Below the pieces are notes generated by a model. It worked only from the letters and a program-made list of their open reading frames with translations. It made no database searches and was not told where the DNA came from. This document shows, one piece after another, positions 1 to 14,467 of a stretch of 48,834 nucleotides of DNA. The DNA comes from an uncultured Verrucomicrobiales bacterium. Its GTDB lineage: Bacteria; Verrucomicrobiota; Verrucomicrobiia; Limisphaerales; UBA1100. The position numbers and the translations under genes were made by a program. Location: the NCBI GenBank assembly GCA_913041895.1, contig CAJWKQ010000002.1, positions 1 through 48,834 on the forward strand. The letters run 5' to 3'. Position 1 is the stretch's first letter; every line of letters begins with the position of its first letter.

Positions 1-160
1 TTTTCACTGCCTTTTCAGTCATCTCCTCGTGGGTATCCTTTGAGCCCCCGACAAGCGCAAAGTTTTCCCCCTTTGTAATTCGTTTATGACCGTCAGAATC
101 CAACCCCACTCCTAGCATCATGCTTTTGGGCTGGTCATTTTTCCGTGGCGAATCTGCCAT
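1..160 (-). CDS. conserved hypothetical protein, N-terminal fragment running off the left edge
   Basis: ATG at 160 on the minus strand opens a frame that stays open to position 1 (MADSPRKNDQPKSMMLGVGLDSDGHKRITKGENFALVGGSKDTHEEMTEKAVK...). It is missing from the ORF track because it is truncated. No family recognised with certainty. Confidence 0.35.
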   Translation of the reverse strand, partial: MADSPRKNDQPKSMMLGVGLDSDGHKRITKGENFALVGGSKDTHEEMTEKAVK

Positions 161-203
161 TTGGAATAACCTATCAAATTCACAAGCTGTGAACAAGTCG
201 AAA

Positions 204-905
204 CTAGTTAACAGTCAGTGACTGACCGTTATTTTTGGAGCTTAATCCCAATAGAAATGGAATTGCTATAGTAGCCCATTCTTCTGAAGAAGGGAAATCT
301 GCTGCAGAAGGACCAAAACAACTCTGTAACATATCCGTATTTATAATTCCTGGGTTTAAAGGCACAGCCGCTAACCCTTCTGGCAATTCCTGAGCTAGTG
401 ATTGAGTCATGCCTTCGATCGCCCATTTTGTTGCACAATATGGCGCTACTTGAGGAGACGCACTCCTCCCCCACCCTGAACTAAAATTAACAATCATCCC
501 ACGCCCCGCTTTTGACATTGGTTTAACAAAATGTCGAATCACATTAGCAACTCCTTTAATATTTACATCAACCACTTCGTCAAATTCCTTCGCACTTAAA
601 TCCCACAGAAATCGATTAGTGTTAATCAAAGCTGCATTGTTAAGTAATAAATCTGGTGCTCCCAATTCCTTGATCACATTTTCTGCCCACTGTTTTACAG
701 ACGAGTCATCGGCGACATTTACCCGAGAAAAAATATTCGGCCCTCCAAGCTCTTTCTCCAAAGACAATAGTTTTTTATCATTTCGGCTGCAGCCCGCTAC
801 ACGGTGACCTTGCGCTACAAACTCTTTTGCCATTGCGCGACCCAATCCCCGGCCCACACCAGTAATTACCACCACCTTATTGGTATTAATTCTTTTAGTA
901 GCCAT
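204..905 (-). CDS. short-chain dehydrogenase/reductase (SDR) family oxidoreductase
   Basis: N-terminal Rossmann motif VVVITGVGRGLG (TGxxxGxG), NNAA motif, and catalytic YCATK (YxxxK). The 233 aa length is typical of classical SDRs. Confidence 0.85.
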   Translation of the reverse strand: MATKRINTNKVVVITGVGRGLGRAMAKEFVAQGHRVAGCSRNDKKLLSLEKELGGPNIFSRVNVADDSSVKQWAENVIKELGAPDLLLNNAALINTNRFLWDLSAKEFDEVVDVNIKGVANVIRHFVKPMSKAGRGMIVNFSSGWGRSASPQVAPYCATKWAIEGMTQSLAQELPEGLAAVPLNPGIINTDMLQSCFGPSAADFPSSEEWATIAIPFLLGLSSKNNGQSLTVN

Positions 906-1032
906 TAGAATTCTTCAAACCTTCATGGGATAGATCAAGCCTGCACTCTTATTGTGCATGTGGTTAATCTAACCCATAAACATCCGGCGCAATTCACTAT
1001 TCAAAATCTATTACACCTGAAAGAAATTATGA

Positions 1033-2973
<1,941 letters not shown>

Positions 2974-3048
2974 TTAATTTAATAAATATCTCTCTCGAAC
3001 TACAAACGAACAAATAAAAAGCTTCGGTTACTGTGCCTTCATGTAAGA

Positions 3049-5730
3049 TCAGGGCTCTCCGTCTCTGAGAGCCTCCAATCGCTGCTTTTTTGCCCGGAAA
3101 TATTCTTTCATGCCTGGAAACAATATTTCCATTTCAATACACTTTTGAATCGCGTCATTATATTTCTCTAATTCGGTCATCAATCTTATAGCTACAATCC
3201 CGCTCTGCCCGCGCCAATATAAATCGATTTTCTTTTTAGGGTCACCATAGCTATTTTCGTAAACATCTATAATTGTCATCAGTGCGTTTTGAAGAGCTGC
3301 TCTGCGTATCTCAACATTTTTGCTCACGGTAGATCTTTCTGCACAGTATACCAGCCCCATTAAGGCTTGATTCATTATACCATCAAAATCACTTGGGCCA
3401 GAAATCGTATTTAGACTTTGTTCGGAAATCGACTTCGATTGTTCATATGCCGTCTTGGCAAAATCATAATAGTGTTCGCGTTCACGGGCAGTCATTAAAC
3501 AGATATCACCAATTCTACCCCATGCACGTGCAGCAACAATATTGGTTTTCACTATCTGGGTCAGCCCAAACAAGATATTTGTTGATTGATATATTCTTTC
3601 ATTTTGTATTTTCTCAGCTTCAGGCGAATTAACCGGCGAAGCTTTCAATTCAAACATTATTAAATCCCCCAAAGCAAAAGTTGCTTGAATACGTTCGGGC
3701 TCAGAAACATCTGGATTATCCAATAAAGTTACAAAACTTTTTTTTGCATCATCATAACCCTGTCTGATCATGGCTGCACGACCAGCCATCAATTGCGACC
3801 TATATCTCAAACTTGGCGGGCAATTTGTTTCCGAAGCCAATTCTTGATAAATTTTCTCCGCCTCAAGCCGATTTGTTGATGAATTAAAATATTGATCAGC
3901 CAGCCATATTTTTGCCGTATAAACTTCTGCAGATGTAATTTTTCGGGAAGATAATCTCTTAAACGCTTTAACCGCATCACCTTTCCTCCCTGAACGCATC
4001 AAGGCCCAAGCTCGATCCAGTTGAACCTTTTCCTTCATGCCATGATCGGGATAATCTTGAAGCCAGCGATCATATAGCCTAATCACTTCTGGCCAATTTT
4101 TCCCCATGACCTGAAGGCGGATATGCTCTAGCTCAGCCACCGCAACAAGCTCTTCATCAGGATTTTGATTCTTAAAATTAACCAAGATCTCGTCAGCCAA
4201 TTCAAATTCTCCCGTTGTAATACGCACCTGAGAAATGCCTAATAAATAATATGGTAACATCGATGAAGAATTCTCACGAGCTTCCTTCAATAATGATTCT
4301 GCAGCAACCAAATCCATCTGGCCAATAGCATATTTAAACCACATTAGGTTTGCATAATCTTTTATATATTTCGTGTCATCATTATCCGAAGCAATTATTG
4401 TTTTTATCGATGAAAATGATTTTATTGCATCAGCAGTCTTTCCGGATTTCGCCTTAACTAAACCATCCAAATATTTCATCCGGGCGGATATGATCGGCAT
4501 GTCTGATAGCCCCATGCCCTTATGGAATTGAGCATTTGCCTTTTCCAGTGAGCCACTCCACGAATGACACTCACCAATTCTCATGTGGATCCTAGCCCCT
4601 AGATCTCCCAATACATTATATTCAGAAGCCTTCTCATAAAACTTTATTGCCGCACTCGGGCTATTTGGACGGTTGCGTTCAAGTTCGATTTCGCCCGATA
4701 AAAAATAACTAAGTGCCAGCATGTAATCATCTTCCGTAGACTCTTGCAATTGCTTGAGGGCAGCAGCAGCCGCAACTAGATCTTTGGATTTTTTATACAA
4801 TTGCGCAGCGCTCAGTGATGCGTAAGTCTTAATAGATTTATGTGAATTGCCAGCCAACAAATCCATATAGATATCCGCTGCTAGAAAATAATCTCCTCTT
4901 TTCTCTAAAATTTGTGCATGTTTAATTGAAGCACCCAAATGCCAAGATGGACTCGCTTTTGCCTGTTTCAAAACTTTTCGCAGTTGAGTTATTTCATTAA
5001 TCGCTTCTCTGGACTTTCCGTTAAAGATATATATTTCCGTTAGCAGTAAAGAACGGCGCCAACCACGCTCTAAATGTATCTCCTTTGGCAGTTTCCCTAA
5101 AAGTAATTCAGCCGATTCGCCATCTTTTTGCTCTACCATGGCTTTGGCCAATATCAACCCCCCTTCCTGCAAAACAATAGAATCAAAACCTCGATCAGCA
5201 TTCATTTGAAACACCCCATCCTTGCGCTGCAAAAGAACAATTACCTTAGCCCAATCTTCGCGCTCAGCAGCAATTAACGCCGAGCCCACCGTGGCTTCCA
5301 ATATCCTCTTTGAATTAGGGTAATTCCTTATCAGTTCGTTGAAATGCTGATCAGCTGCATCGAAATTACCTAGTTTCAAACGGCATTCCGCCATCCAATA
5401 TACATATTCATCGGCATATTGGCCGGCTGAGTTTTGGTTGTTAGTTAAAATTCCATATGCCTCTTTAACTTTTTCCTGTTTATAGAGAGACTGTCCCAAA
5501 AAAAGAACTGTTATGGGGCGCTTATTAAAATCAGGAGACTCCTTAAGTAATTTTTCGAACCACTTCGACGCATTAGCCCAATGGCCACCGTGAAAACTTC
5601 TAAGAGCAGCCAGATAATATCTTTCATCCTGACTGAAATTGCCGTTATCGACCGCTCCTTGTAATAAATTTACTGGACCGTACAATATAAGGCTAATTGA
5701 GATATAGCGTATTATCTTATACATTCTCAC
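3049..5730 (-). CDS. large secreted tetratricopeptide-repeat (TPR) protein
   Basis: 893 aa with a hydrophobic N-terminal signal-like segment (ISISLILYGPVNLLQG). Many degenerate TPR-like helical repeats rich in A/Y/L (e.g. YYLAALRSFHGGHWANASKWFEKLL, AECRLKLGNFDAADQHFNELIRNYP). The start overlaps the uvrA stop by 4 nt. Confidence 0.75.
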   Translation of the reverse strand: MRMYKIIRYISISLILYGPVNLLQGAVDNGNFSQDERYYLAALRSFHGGHWANASKWFEKLLKESPDFNKRPITVLFLGQSLYKQEKVKEAYGILTNNQNSAGQYADEYVYWMAECRLKLGNFDAADQHFNELIRNYPNSKRILEATVGSALIAAEREDWAKVIVLLQRKDGVFQMNADRGFDSIVLQEGGLILAKAMVEQKDGESAELLLGKLPKEIHLERGWRRSLLLTEIYIFNGKSREAINEITQLRKVLKQAKASPSWHLGASIKHAQILEKRGDYFLAADIYMDLLAGNSHKSIKTYASLSAAQLYKKSKDLVAAAAALKQLQESTEDDYMLALSYFLSGEIELERNRPNSPSAAIKFYEKASEYNVLGDLGARIHMRIGECHSWSGSLEKANAQFHKGMGLSDMPIISARMKYLDGLVKAKSGKTADAIKSFSSIKTIIASDNDDTKYIKDYANLMWFKYAIGQMDLVAAESLLKEARENSSSMLPYYLLGISQVRITTGEFELADEILVNFKNQNPDEELVAVAELEHIRLQVMGKNWPEVIRLYDRWLQDYPDHGMKEKVQLDRAWALMRSGRKGDAVKAFKRLSSRKITSAEVYTAKIWLADQYFNSSTNRLEAEKIYQELASETNCPPSLRYRSQLMAGRAAMIRQGYDDAKKSFVTLLDNPDVSEPERIQATFALGDLIMFELKASPVNSPEAEKIQNERIYQSTNILFGLTQIVKTNIVAARAWGRIGDICLMTAREREHYYDFAKTAYEQSKSISEQSLNTISGPSDFDGIMNQALMGLVYCAERSTVSKNVEIRRAALQNALMTIIDVYENSYGDPKKKIDLYWRGQSGIVAIRLMTELEKYNDAIQKCIEMEILFPGMKEYFRAKKQRLEALRDGEP

Positions 5731-8699
5731 GCAGCTACCATCTTGGACTTTTTTGTATAAGATTTTACCTTGGGAAAAAATTTACGCAAAAACTCCCCGG
5801 TATAACTTGTTTTACACTGTACAATCTTCTCAGGAGGCCCTTCAGCAACCAACCTCCCTCCCCCGTCACCTCCATCAGGCCCTAAGTCAACTATCCAATC
5901 TGCACTTTTAATAACATCAAGATTGTGCTCAATCACGACAAGAGTGTTGCCTGCTTTGCGCAATTTTGCAAACACATCAAGCAAACGAGAAACATCATGA
6001 AAATGAAGCCCTGTCGTTGGCTCATCCATCAGGTATAATGTGTTTCCAGTTGACCGTTTACATAATTCAGAAGCCAACTTTACTCTCTGCGCCTCTCCTC
6101 CGCTAAGTGTTGTGGCAGATTGTCCAAGCTTTAGATAGCCCAAGCCCACTTCGGATAAGGTTAAGCAAACATCATGAATTTGCGGAATTGCCCTAAAGAA
6201 CGTACATGCATCATCGGCAGTCATATTCAATACATCCGAAATATTTAAGCCTTTATAATGTATTTCCAATGTTTCTCGATTATATCGATGACCTCCGCAA
6301 TCCTCACAATCTACATAAACGGACGGTAAAAAATGCATTTCAATTTTTAGCATCCCATCACCTTGGCACTTTTCACATCGACCACCCTTTACATTAAAGC
6401 TAAATCGGCCCGGGCCATAGGCTCTCACCTTTGCAGCGGGTAACTTTGCAAATAAATCACGGATGTGAGTAAACATACCTGTATAGGTGGCTGGATTGCT
6501 TCTGGGTGTGCGGCCAATGGGTGACTGGTCGATTACAATAGCTTTATCCAGTAAATCGGCACCATTAATTGCATCATGACGTCCAGGCTTATCCTTTGAT
6601 CCATGCCATTTTCTGTAAAGTGCCCGCTGGAGAACATCGTTAATCAAAGTGCTTTTCCCCGAACCGCTCACTCCAGTTACACAAGTAAGTGTGCCTAAAG
6701 GTATTTTTACATCGATTGACTGAAGATTATTTTCAGCCGCTCCTATTATCTCAAGCCAACCTTTCTCAGATGTACCATAGGCCCGGTTTTTTGGTACATC
6801 TATTTTAAACTCTCCGTTGAGATATTTTGCAGTTATAGACTTTTCTGAACTACAGACATCCTTCAATGAACCTGAAGCTACAAGTTCTCCGCCGTGGACT
6901 CCGGCCCCAGGTCCTAAGTCTATCAAGTAGTCAGCCGATCGGATTGTGTCCTCATCATGCTCAACTACTATAACAGTGTTTCCCAAATCTCGAAGTCCCT
7001 TAAGAGTATCCAACAGCCGGTCGTTATCCCGTTGATGTAATCCTATGCTTGGCTCATCCAGGATATATATTACACCAACTAAGCCAGCCCCTATTTGTGT
7101 TGCTAATCGGATTCTTTGCGCTTCACCTCCGCTTAAAGTGCCACTCTCACGATTCAAAGAAAGATACCCTAATCCAACATTGTTCAAAAACCCCAAACGT
7201 GAACGGATCTCCTTCAGCACCTCTCCTGCAATTTTTTGCTCAAGCTCCGTGAAAATCAATCCATCAAAAAACTGCATGGCTTCTTTTACTGATAACCGAC
7301 AGACTTCCATTACGGATAATCCAGGTACAGCAACCTTTCTTCGTTTACCCTTAATTGACGGCCTGATCTTATTGGCTCTTTTCCCACCAATGGTGCACGA
7401 TAAAACTTCAGGCCGTAAACGTTGCCCATTGCATGCGTCACACGGCTGACTACTCATGCAACTCTTCACACGTTTCTTGGTAAATTCGCTATCCGTTTCC
7501 TGCATTAAGCGTTCAAGATTAGGGATAACTCCTTCGAAAGGTTTTATTGTAGGCTTCCCATTCCTTCTAAAATTAAAGGTAATTTCCTCATCTCCTGATC
7601 CAAAAAGAATGACATTCCTAAACTCTTCCGGCAGATCGCACCATGGAGTATCTACCGATTGATCATAATGTGCTGCAACAGTCCTTATAACATGGTTGTA
7701 GTAGATAATCATACGCCTTCCTCCTCGGCGCCAGGGGGCAAGGGCCCCTTTCGATAGCGATTTGTCAGGATTTGGCACAACCAGTTCAGAATCAAAAACC
7801 AATTTTTGGCCCAGACCATGGCAAACAGGACAAGCTCCAAAAGGCGCATTAAATGAAAAATGCTTTGGAGTTAAAGTGTCATAGCTTTTGCCTGTTTTAG
7901 GAGAAACCATTTGCGATGAATGAAGTTCCTCACTCCATTGGTTCGATGTCTTTTGTGATTTCTCTTGAGTCAGCGCGATCAGGCGTCCTTTGCCCCACTT
8001 TAGCGCTGTTTCCACGGAATCAGCCAAGCGTTGTCGCATATCCGGATTTATAATCAAGCGGTCTACCACTGCGTCAATATAGTGTTTTTTCTTTGGATCG
8101 ATTTTTATACGTGTATCAACCTCCAGCTCTATTAACTCCCCATCCACTCTTGCCCGCACAAACCCCTCACGCGCCAATTTCTCGATGACATCGCGAAACT
8201 CCCCTTTCTGGTGATTAATAACCGGCGCCAAAAGCATCAGTCTTGTTCCTTCAGGCAGCTCAAGCAGGCGATCAATTATTTGTGTAGAAGTCTGGGAAGA
8301 CATCGGCTTACCGCTATCCGGGCAATGAGGCTGCCCAACATGTGCATAGAGCAGTCTGAGATAGTCATATATCTCGGTCGTAGTGGCGATGATGGAGCGC
8401 ATGCTTCCTCCCGCGCTTCGTTGTTCAATCGCAATTGTCGGTGAAAGCCCCTCAATGAATTCCACATCAGGTTTCTGCATTTGATCCAAAAACTGACGCG
8501 CATAAGCTGAGAGGGACTCTACGTACTTCCTTTGGCCCTCGGCGTATATTGTATCAAAAGCGAGTGATGACTTACCCGAACCGCTTAGCCCGGTGACAAC
8601 CACGAGTTGGTCACGAGGTATTGAGATCGATAGGTTTTTGAGATTATGCTCCTTTGCCCCCCCAATCCTGATCTCATTAACCGGCATGCTCTTTGCCAA
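5727..8699 (-). CDS. uvrA: excinuclease ABC subunit A (UvrA)
   Basis: 990 aa with two ABC modules: Walker [10 protein letters not shown] and GVSGSGKST, signatures LSGGEAQR twice, Walker B ILDEPS and LMDEPT. Zinc-finger cysteine pairs CPVCHGLG and CEKCQGDG. Confidence 0.97.
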   Translation of the reverse strand: MAKSMPVNEIRIGGAKEHNLKNLSISIPRDQLVVVTGLSGSGKSSLAFDTIYAEGQRKYVESLSAYARQFLDQMQKPDVEFIEGLSPTIAIEQRSAGGSMRSIIATTTEIYDYLRLLYAHVGQPHCPDSGKPMSSQTSTQIIDRLLELPEGTRLMLLAPVINHQKGEFRDVIEKLAREGFVRARVDGELIELEVDTRIKIDPKKKHYIDAVVDRLIINPDMRQRLADSVETALKWGKGRLIALTQEKSQKTSNQWSEELHSSQMVSPKTGKSYDTLTPKHFSFNAPFGACPVCHGLGQKLVFDSELVVPNPDKSLSKGALAPWRRGGRRMIIYYNHVIRTVAAHYDQSVDTPWCDLPEEFRNVILFGSGDEEITFNFRRNGKPTIKPFEGVIPNLERLMQETDSEFTKKRVKSCMSSQPCDACNGQRLRPEVLSCTIGGKRANKIRPSIKGKRRKVAVPGLSVMEVCRLSVKEAMQFFDGLIFTELEQKIAGEVLKEIRSRLGFLNNVGLGYLSLNRESGTLSGGEAQRIRLATQIGAGLVGVIYILDEPSIGLHQRDNDRLLDTLKGLRDLGNTVIVVEHDEDTIRSADYLIDLGPGAGVHGGELVASGSLKDVCSSEKSITAKYLNGEFKIDVPKNRAYGTSEKGWLEIIGAAENNLQSIDVKIPLGTLTCVTGVSGSGKSTLINDVLQRALYRKWHGSKDKPGRHDAINGADLLDKAIVIDQSPIGRTPRSNPATYTGMFTHIRDLFAKLPAAKVRAYGPGRFSFNVKGGRCEKCQGDGMLKIEMHFLPSVYVDCEDCGGHRYNRETLEIHYKGLNISDVLNMTADDACTFFRAIPQIHDVCLTLSEVGLGYLKLGQSATTLSGGEAQRVKLASELCKRSTGNTLYLMDEPTTGLHFHDVSRLLDVFAKLRKAGNTLVVIEHNLDVIKSADWIVDLGPDGGDGGGRLVAEGPPEKIVQCKTSYTGEFLRKFFPKVKSYTKKSKMVAA

Positions 8700-8736
8700 G
8701 GATACCCGTAAACGGGAGAGTCGGCAATTCTATGAA

Positions 8737-11700
8737 TCAATACCCCATATCAATGGCATATCTGCTGATAACCCTCGGATAAGGCGAAGGCAAATCCTTT
8801 AGGGATCCATCAGCAGCCCTGTACTTCCCGTAATGGCCGCGTTTATATGATTCATGCCACTCGTCCGCTCCAATGAGATCAATAAGCACATGCTCAGCTG
8901 ACTGACCAATAACTTCATAATTATCAATCGTTCCATCTTCCCTCATTCCGGGTCTTCCCTCTGTGCCCGGAGGGTGAAAACGCCTTGCCGGCTTGAGTTG
9001 CTGAGTAAATACATAGGCTTGATACCGCTTCGGGCCGCCTGCCTTAAGCAGTGAAAGTATTTGCATGGGAATCCGTTCTATATCCAGCTCATCAACCCTA
9101 GGAATCAATGCATAATATTGCCCGAGAGTCCCTGCACCCACTATAGGCGGCAGATAGGGGGACTCATCTGTTAATTGAGGAGCAGCCAGAATATCTGTTG
9201 CCCGTTTAAATCGGCCTTTCTTCCTTTCATCTTCAACCCCAATCAGCAACTTTGAATTCCATGTGCTACCTTGAGCTATCTCACTGGTATCAATGAATCT
9301 AAAAGACCAGTTTGGATGGGTTACAGGATCCCTGTAAGCACCCAGTATGCGTTTAGGCGAATAGAGATTCCCAGCCTCGGCAGGCACGTAAGGGAAGGAT
9401 ACTCCATGCAGCACTCCGCTCCACGCTTCAGGTGTGCTATTATTGACTGACAAGCGGCCTCGTAATTTATTGCCACCTGACAAATAAAATGCCTCCAATA
9501 AACGCCGGTCATTAACCGGCTTGGTATCGGAGCTACCCGCCCAATCGGTCCATGATCTGGAATCAAGCAACAGCCCTGGCGTTAGGTAGAATCCGGCTCC
9601 TTCCTGATTGTATCCTTGAATCGCATAATCCCCTAAACTCGCATTCCACACTGTATACTGGTTGGGCCCCAAAACCTCCTTAACCGGCCACACTTCGGAA
9701 GTAAGACTGGGCACACTGGTCCAGGACTCCGGCTTTTCACCTGATAAACCAACTACATCACCCACATTTAGATTATGATCCTCAGCCGTTGTAATCACAC
9801 CTGTATCATCATTAATTCGCTGAATAGCAATTGACCCCGGATCCGCCTTCGATTTTAGGTATAAAGTCTGCCATGGAGTTCCACGATGAACCTGACCCAA
9901 CCATCCTACATTCTGTACACCCCCACGCATGGTATCAGGAAATTTCCACCCATTAATAGGGCTATATACGGGATAAACACCCGGATCTTTTATGTTCGGA
10001 TCATTCTTCCCGCCGGTATTGGTCCTGCCCCAAGGTTGATAGGCATCATTCAGCCTGCACAAATTCACGCCAAAATAATGCCGAGCCAGCCTGTAGAAGG
10101 GGGCTGGACTGCCAGGAGGTGGTGCAGCTTCCGGAGTGCTTGCGTTTGCCTGGAAAGAGCTCGCAGAATACATTTGTCTGAGAGGAATATGAGGATCAGG
10201 ATAAGGACTCCATAAAACCTTGGTCTCATTCATGTTGTTTACCGGATCTTCATCCAAGCTGCCTCCATAGATGTAACTAGGTGCATACACTTTTGTCTGC
10301 CAACCTCTTTCTGAACTGTTAACCAAGGGATCATTTACCTGACTGGAAAGATCAATCTTACGATATTTTCGTCCTTTTAAATAAACCCAATGATCCGGCC
10401 AATTCTCCGATTGGCCCGGGGTCACCACGCCTGAACCCCCTGATTTGAGCCGGTAATAATTATAATTATCGGGATCCAGCACAACCTGGCCTGCCGCGTA
10501 TCCTCCTGCATTGGTCGCATCCCAGACCGGGGCGAAGAGTTCATGATTGGTCATGGGATTAGCCAAACTGGCTGATGGCAAGGCTAGTGTACCATCAAAA
10601 AAATCAACAACCCTACCTCCTGCCCAGATTTGGGCCTTAAACGAAACCTGAATATTACTAAAGCGAATATCAGAAAGGGATTTTTTACTGCCGGGTGTTG
10701 CCCCATCAATCACACGTGCAATCTCAGCGAGCTGCTTATTATCCAATACTGCTGCAATATTCCCCGACCCGGCGTTAAGGTTTATTGCAGCTACTGCCCC
10801 GTTAAATACCACTGGAAACGGCGCCCCTTCCTCAGAGTTGATGCCATTGGAGTCTTTATATTCAGCCACGCCACTACCGCTCACGATTAAATTTTGAATC
10901 ACTAACTGGCAAGTGGGAAGCAACCCTGCTGGAGGCATATTCACTTCCATAGCCAATCGGCCTCTTACCTTATTATTAACGCGATCGTAGGTAAGTCTCA
11001 TGGAGACTTCATTAAGTGCGGGCATCCGGTTGTTGTAGCTCGCAACCGGATTCTCAGGGCCCCTATCCTTTACCCCTAATATCTTGGGTGCACCTCTGCG
11101 GTACCAACTAGTATTAGGTATATCGCCCGCGAACGTGATCTGCCTCTGAAGCCCGGTGAGATAAACGTTATTGATTTCATCCCGATCAAAAACCCCTTCA
11201 TACGCAGTTGGATACCGGTCAGCTCCATTAGCGGTATAGCTATCAACAGACCAGCCTGTTGGTAGCCCTGTAGATGGAATGGGCACTGGCGGATGGACGA
11301 GGGTAAAAAAGTACCCAGGCACCTGATATTGATGAGTCCACAATGCCGCCTGCCTTAGCTTGCCTGAGTTCTGTGTTATCCAAACAGCCTGCCCCAATTC
11401 AGGCCCCACTCTCAGTGGTGAGCTGTAATTAATTACCTCCTTATTATCCAGATAAACTTTAACAAAACGTCCGCTTTCCATTTCAATAGATAGATTCAAA
11501 CCCACCCAATATTTTTCAGAGCGTCCGGGTGAAAATCCGTTCTTCCATACCAGTTCCTCAATGTTCCATCTCCACGATCCTCCATTGTCTGGATACGCAC
11601 CCAACAGCTTCAACTTGTGCGGTGCTGACTGGGCAACACGCTGTTTCTCAAACCCGGCCCCTGTTCCTGAACTTTTTTCCAAAACGATTACGCCTTTGAC

Positions 11701-14457
11701 ATACCCTGTTGAATTAATGGTTTCGATATTCTGCTCCGGGGCACCCAAAGGCTCAAAAAATACACGGTAAGGCCCGTAGTCAATACCCGCCGGACCATTG
11801 GTGAGCTGCTGGCCATAAGTGTCCAATCTGCAGCGGATTTCAGCACTCACCCGACCATCCGCTGAAGGTTCACCAAAGGCCCAGTAGCCGCCGCCACCAT
11901 ACTGCCTGATAACATCCTTGCCCGTTAACTCGGTTTCCGGTGCTCCGGAATAGATATCCCCGATATTGGCTGCCACCTGCAGAATGCGTTCTGTTTCAGG
12001 TGTATAGGAACCCTTCCCGGGAAATGTTGAGGCCGAGCCGCGCCCCCAGGGAATTCCGCTCCCTGTCTTATGCCAAAGCCCCTTGGATGGGTGATGTGCG
12101 CCTATGCCGTAGATTAAAGGGAATGGACTGGCAGGATTCGGAACCGGTAAGGCAGCATCCCCCAGTTGATGAACCGCGCCCACCCCATCACCAACAGTAT
12201 CAACTGATTCATTCAACATGGCCGCTGCCATTTGTTCAACTGCATCAGTTAACCCATCAACCTTGAATTTATGCACTAGTTCCAGGGTATGGGTACCTGA
12301 ATTATTCAGCATCACCGGAACATTCACATAAGGTGACTCTGTATGCCTGAGCTTCCACCTAGTTGGCTCTGATGGATCTAATGGATCCACCATTTCCATT
12401 TTTTCCATTTTAAACACATGATCAAAGTGGACTTGCCCTCCCATGCTCCCGCCTGTTCCGGTCGCAAATTGTGCACTCGAACGAAAACGGACATGGTCGC
12501 CCGGTAACCACCTGTTAAAAACGGTATTTAAAAGGGTGAATTCCCCCGTTGAACTATCGTATTCGAATCGATCTTGTGAACCAAGTGGAGATGAAGCCAG
12601 CCCCCCCCTGATTCCAGGAGCAATCAAAGGAATAGCTTCATCCTTACCAATAAAGTGCACCCGGGATTGCTCATCCAGCCGGGCTGAACGATGCAGCGAA
12701 ACCATTGTGCTGTCCCAAACCTTTACATAGTAAGGAATGATGTCAGCCAGCATGGCTACCGGACGGTAAACCAGCTGGCATTTAACATTCGCCAGTGCAG
12801 CCGGCAAATCCTCCATGGGATCATTTGGAACTGTTAACTGCCGGACCCAACTGCCTGTGGCTGAATCATAAAAGCCCCAACAATATTCCACATTTTCGAT
12901 GGCAAGTTTTTTGAAATTAACATTGATGGCCGACTCGCCTCCATTTTTGAAAGAAAACTGGTGACGTGCCGGGGCAAGTGGAGAATCCAGAAAGACCGAC
13001 GGATGGGTCGCCCAATGGAAAGGCGAACCACCGGCGGCCGGCAAATATCGAATATATAACGAATCATTCCCGAACTGCGCTCTTGAAGAGATCGGGACCC
13101 AAGGTGCGCCGGTGTTGACTCTAACCAATATACGCCAATTGTCTGGCAAATCGGTTATCACCATTTTCACCGGGTCCTCCATTGAGTTCAATCGGTGCGG
13201 AGCACGGGTTTCAAAAGAGTCTCCCTGAATCAGCCCGATTAATCGTTCCTTAATCTGGTCTAGGCTGTGGATGTTTGGATTAATAAGGTCAAAATAGATC
13301 GGGTCCACGATATGTGGCGGCCGGATGTCGGGAACAATTTTATCACCATCCTTCAACCCGTGAGGGTGCAAAAATGAAATTGCAGACTTTCCATCGTAAG
13401 AAGACTTAACCGGATAACCATAACCGTAGGTTGATTCATCGCGTATACTGCTGATATCGAAGCCACCTTTTTCCTCGGGCAATTCAGCAGATGAGAAAGT
13501 GCCCATAAATTTGTAGTATCCATAGGGCTTCTGCCCGTTCCAGTGCGTCCTAAGCCATGTATTTAAAGAATATTCTCCGGATTTAAACTCAAGATCATTG
13601 AATGTGAGAAGTGATTCTGCCGCAGCCCTAGCCCGGGAATTGGGTGCAGCCCTGTTATTATTTAATACATCCTTAAAATCGAGGGAAGGCCGTCCATAAT
13701 TATAGGCATCACCCACCGCTGCACCCAGTTCGTACATGGACCAGGTAAACCTGTAGGGATTCCATTTATCTATACGTGAACCGAACAAATTCGGATGCAT
13801 CTGGAATAAGGGTGCCGCCAGATCTATACTGCGAGGGGTTTGTCCCTGACTACGATTATGGTCCCATGAGGCAGCTGAGTCGGCCCGATGATTATAGCGT
13901 ACATTCAATATCTCACTAACAGGAACGGTCATGTAAGCTACTCGCGCAATGAAAGAATTTCTGGGGCCATTCGGGTTGTCAGGGTCCAGTAGTTCGTTAG
14001 GATTTTTCGTAGGATCATCCAAAATACCAATCCATTCAGGGTCACCGATTTCCAGTTTGGAGAGATCTGAAGGCTGGAAGAACCGATCCTTTCCGGGAGG
14101 GTTATTAACTTCTGAGTTTAGGTTCAGATAGGTTGAGTTGAAATCCTGTTCTCCATTGCCGGTTGTATCGACATACACAGGCACAAATTCTTTAGTATCG
14201 GATCTTTGGGATACCCTGATTATGGGCGTTGCATTATCATCATTGGAAATGGAGTTAATTATACTTGTCCAGGAAACCGACTGACTATTCCCCTGAATAA
14301 AACTTACCTCGGTTCGTTTTAACGAAGCAGTCACCGATGCTCGTTCAAACCTCGCAAAACCTACAAATGCAACGACCAGGAATGTCACCATGGCCAGCAT
14401 AATCAAGGCCACGACCAACACCGCGCCTTGCTCAGTATTTTTCCATTTTACATTCAT
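8737..14457 (-). CDS. giant GspK/PilX-like minor pilin (1906 aa), probable tip adhesin
   Basis: The N-terminus [28 protein letters not shown] resembles the GspK/PilX_N anchor (QRG-[VA]-AL-hydrophobic helix, no Glu5). It is the last gene of a G-H-I-J-K-ordered pilin run. The remaining ~1850 aa matched no family I could recognise by eye. Confidence 0.6.
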   Translation of the reverse strand: MNVKWKNTEQGAVLVVALIMLAMVTFLVVAFVGFARFERASVTASLKRTEVSFIQGNSQSVSWTSIINSISNDDNATPIIRVSQRSDTKEFVPVYVDTTGNGEQDFNSTYLNLNSEVNNPPGKDRFFQPSDLSKLEIGDPEWIGILDDPTKNPNELLDPDNPNGPRNSFIARVAYMTVPVSEILNVRYNHRADSAASWDHNRSQGQTPRSIDLAAPLFQMHPNLFGSRIDKWNPYRFTWSMYELGAAVGDAYNYGRPSLDFKDVLNNNRAAPNSRARAAAESLLTFNDLEFKSGEYSLNTWLRTHWNGQKPYGYYKFMGTFSSAELPEEKGGFDISSIRDESTYGYGYPVKSSYDGKSAISFLHPHGLKDGDKIVPDIRPPHIVDPIYFDLINPNIHSLDQIKERLIGLIQGDSFETRAPHRLNSMEDPVKMVITDLPDNWRILVRVNTGAPWVPISSRAQFGNDSLYIRYLPAAGGSPFHWATHPSVFLDSPLAPARHQFSFKNGGESAINVNFKKLAIENVEYCWGFYDSATGSWVRQLTVPNDPMEDLPAALANVKCQLVYRPVAMLADIIPYYVKVWDSTMVSLHRSARLDEQSRVHFIGKDEAIPLIAPGIRGGLASSPLGSQDRFEYDSSTGEFTLLNTVFNRWLPGDHVRFRSSAQFATGTGGSMGGQVHFDHVFKMEKMEMVDPLDPSEPTRWKLRHTESPYVNVPVMLNNSGTHTLELVHKFKVDGLTDAVEQMAAAMLNESVDTVGDGVGAVHQLGDAALPVPNPASPFPLIYGIGAHHPSKGLWHKTGSGIPWGRGSASTFPGKGSYTPETERILQVAANIGDIYSGAPETELTGKDVIRQYGGGGYWAFGEPSADGRVSAEIRCRLDTYGQQLTNGPAGIDYGPYRVFFEPLGAPEQNIETINSTGYVKGVIVLEKSSGTGAGFEKQRVAQSAPHKLKLLGAYPDNGGSWRWNIEELVWKNGFSPGRSEKYWVGLNLSIEMESGRFVKVYLDNKEVINYSSPLRVGPELGQAVWITQNSGKLRQAALWTHQYQVPGYFFTLVHPPVPIPSTGLPTGWSVDSYTANGADRYPTAYEGVFDRDEINNVYLTGLQRQITFAGDIPNTSWYRRGAPKILGVKDRGPENPVASYNNRMPALNEVSMRLTYDRVNNKVRGRLAMEVNMPPAGLLPTCQLVIQNLIVSGSGVAEYKDSNGINSEEGAPFPVVFNGAVAAINLNAGSGNIAAVLDNKQLAEIARVIDGATPGSKKSLSDIRFSNIQVSFKAQIWAGGRVVDFFDGTLALPSASLANPMTNHELFAPVWDATNAGGYAAGQVVLDPDNYNYYRLKSGGSGVVTPGQSENWPDHWVYLKGRKYRKIDLSSQVNDPLVNSSERGWQTKVYAPSYIYGGSLDEDPVNNMNETKVLWSPYPDPHIPLRQMYSASSFQANASTPEAAPPPGSPAPFYRLARHYFGVNLCRLNDAYQPWGRTNTGGKNDPNIKDPGVYPVYSPINGWKFPDTMRGGVQNVGWLGQVHRGTPWQTLYLKSKADPGSIAIQRINDDTGVITTAEDHNLNVGDVVGLSGEKPESWTSVPSLTSEVWPVKEVLGPNQYTVWNASLGDYAIQGYNQEGAGFYLTPGLLLDSRSWTDWAGSSDTKPVNDRRLLEAFYLSGGNKLRGRLSVNNSTPEAWSGVLHGVSFPYVPAEAGNLYSPKRILGAYRDPVTHPNWSFRFIDTSEIAQGSTWNSKLLIGVEDERKKGRFKRATDILAAPQLTDESPYLPPIVGAGTLGQYYALIPRVDELDIERIPMQILSLLKAGGPKRYQAYVFTQQLKPARRFHPPGTEGRPGMREDGTIDNYEVIGQSAEHVLIDLIGADEWHESYKRGHYGKYRAADGSLKDLPSPYPRVISRYAIDMGY

Positions 14458-14467
14458 TATTCACCCC

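Noticed and set aside
3040-3095. TPP riboswitch-like segment CCUGAUCU preceded by UCAGAGA, on the minus strand upstream of thiC.
   Set aside because: - The UCAGAGA lies inside a perfect 7-bp hairpin (GGCUCUC/GAGAGCC), mostly within the end of the TPR coding region.
- No P2, P4 or P5 helices or AUAAUGCCAGCG loop can be formed.
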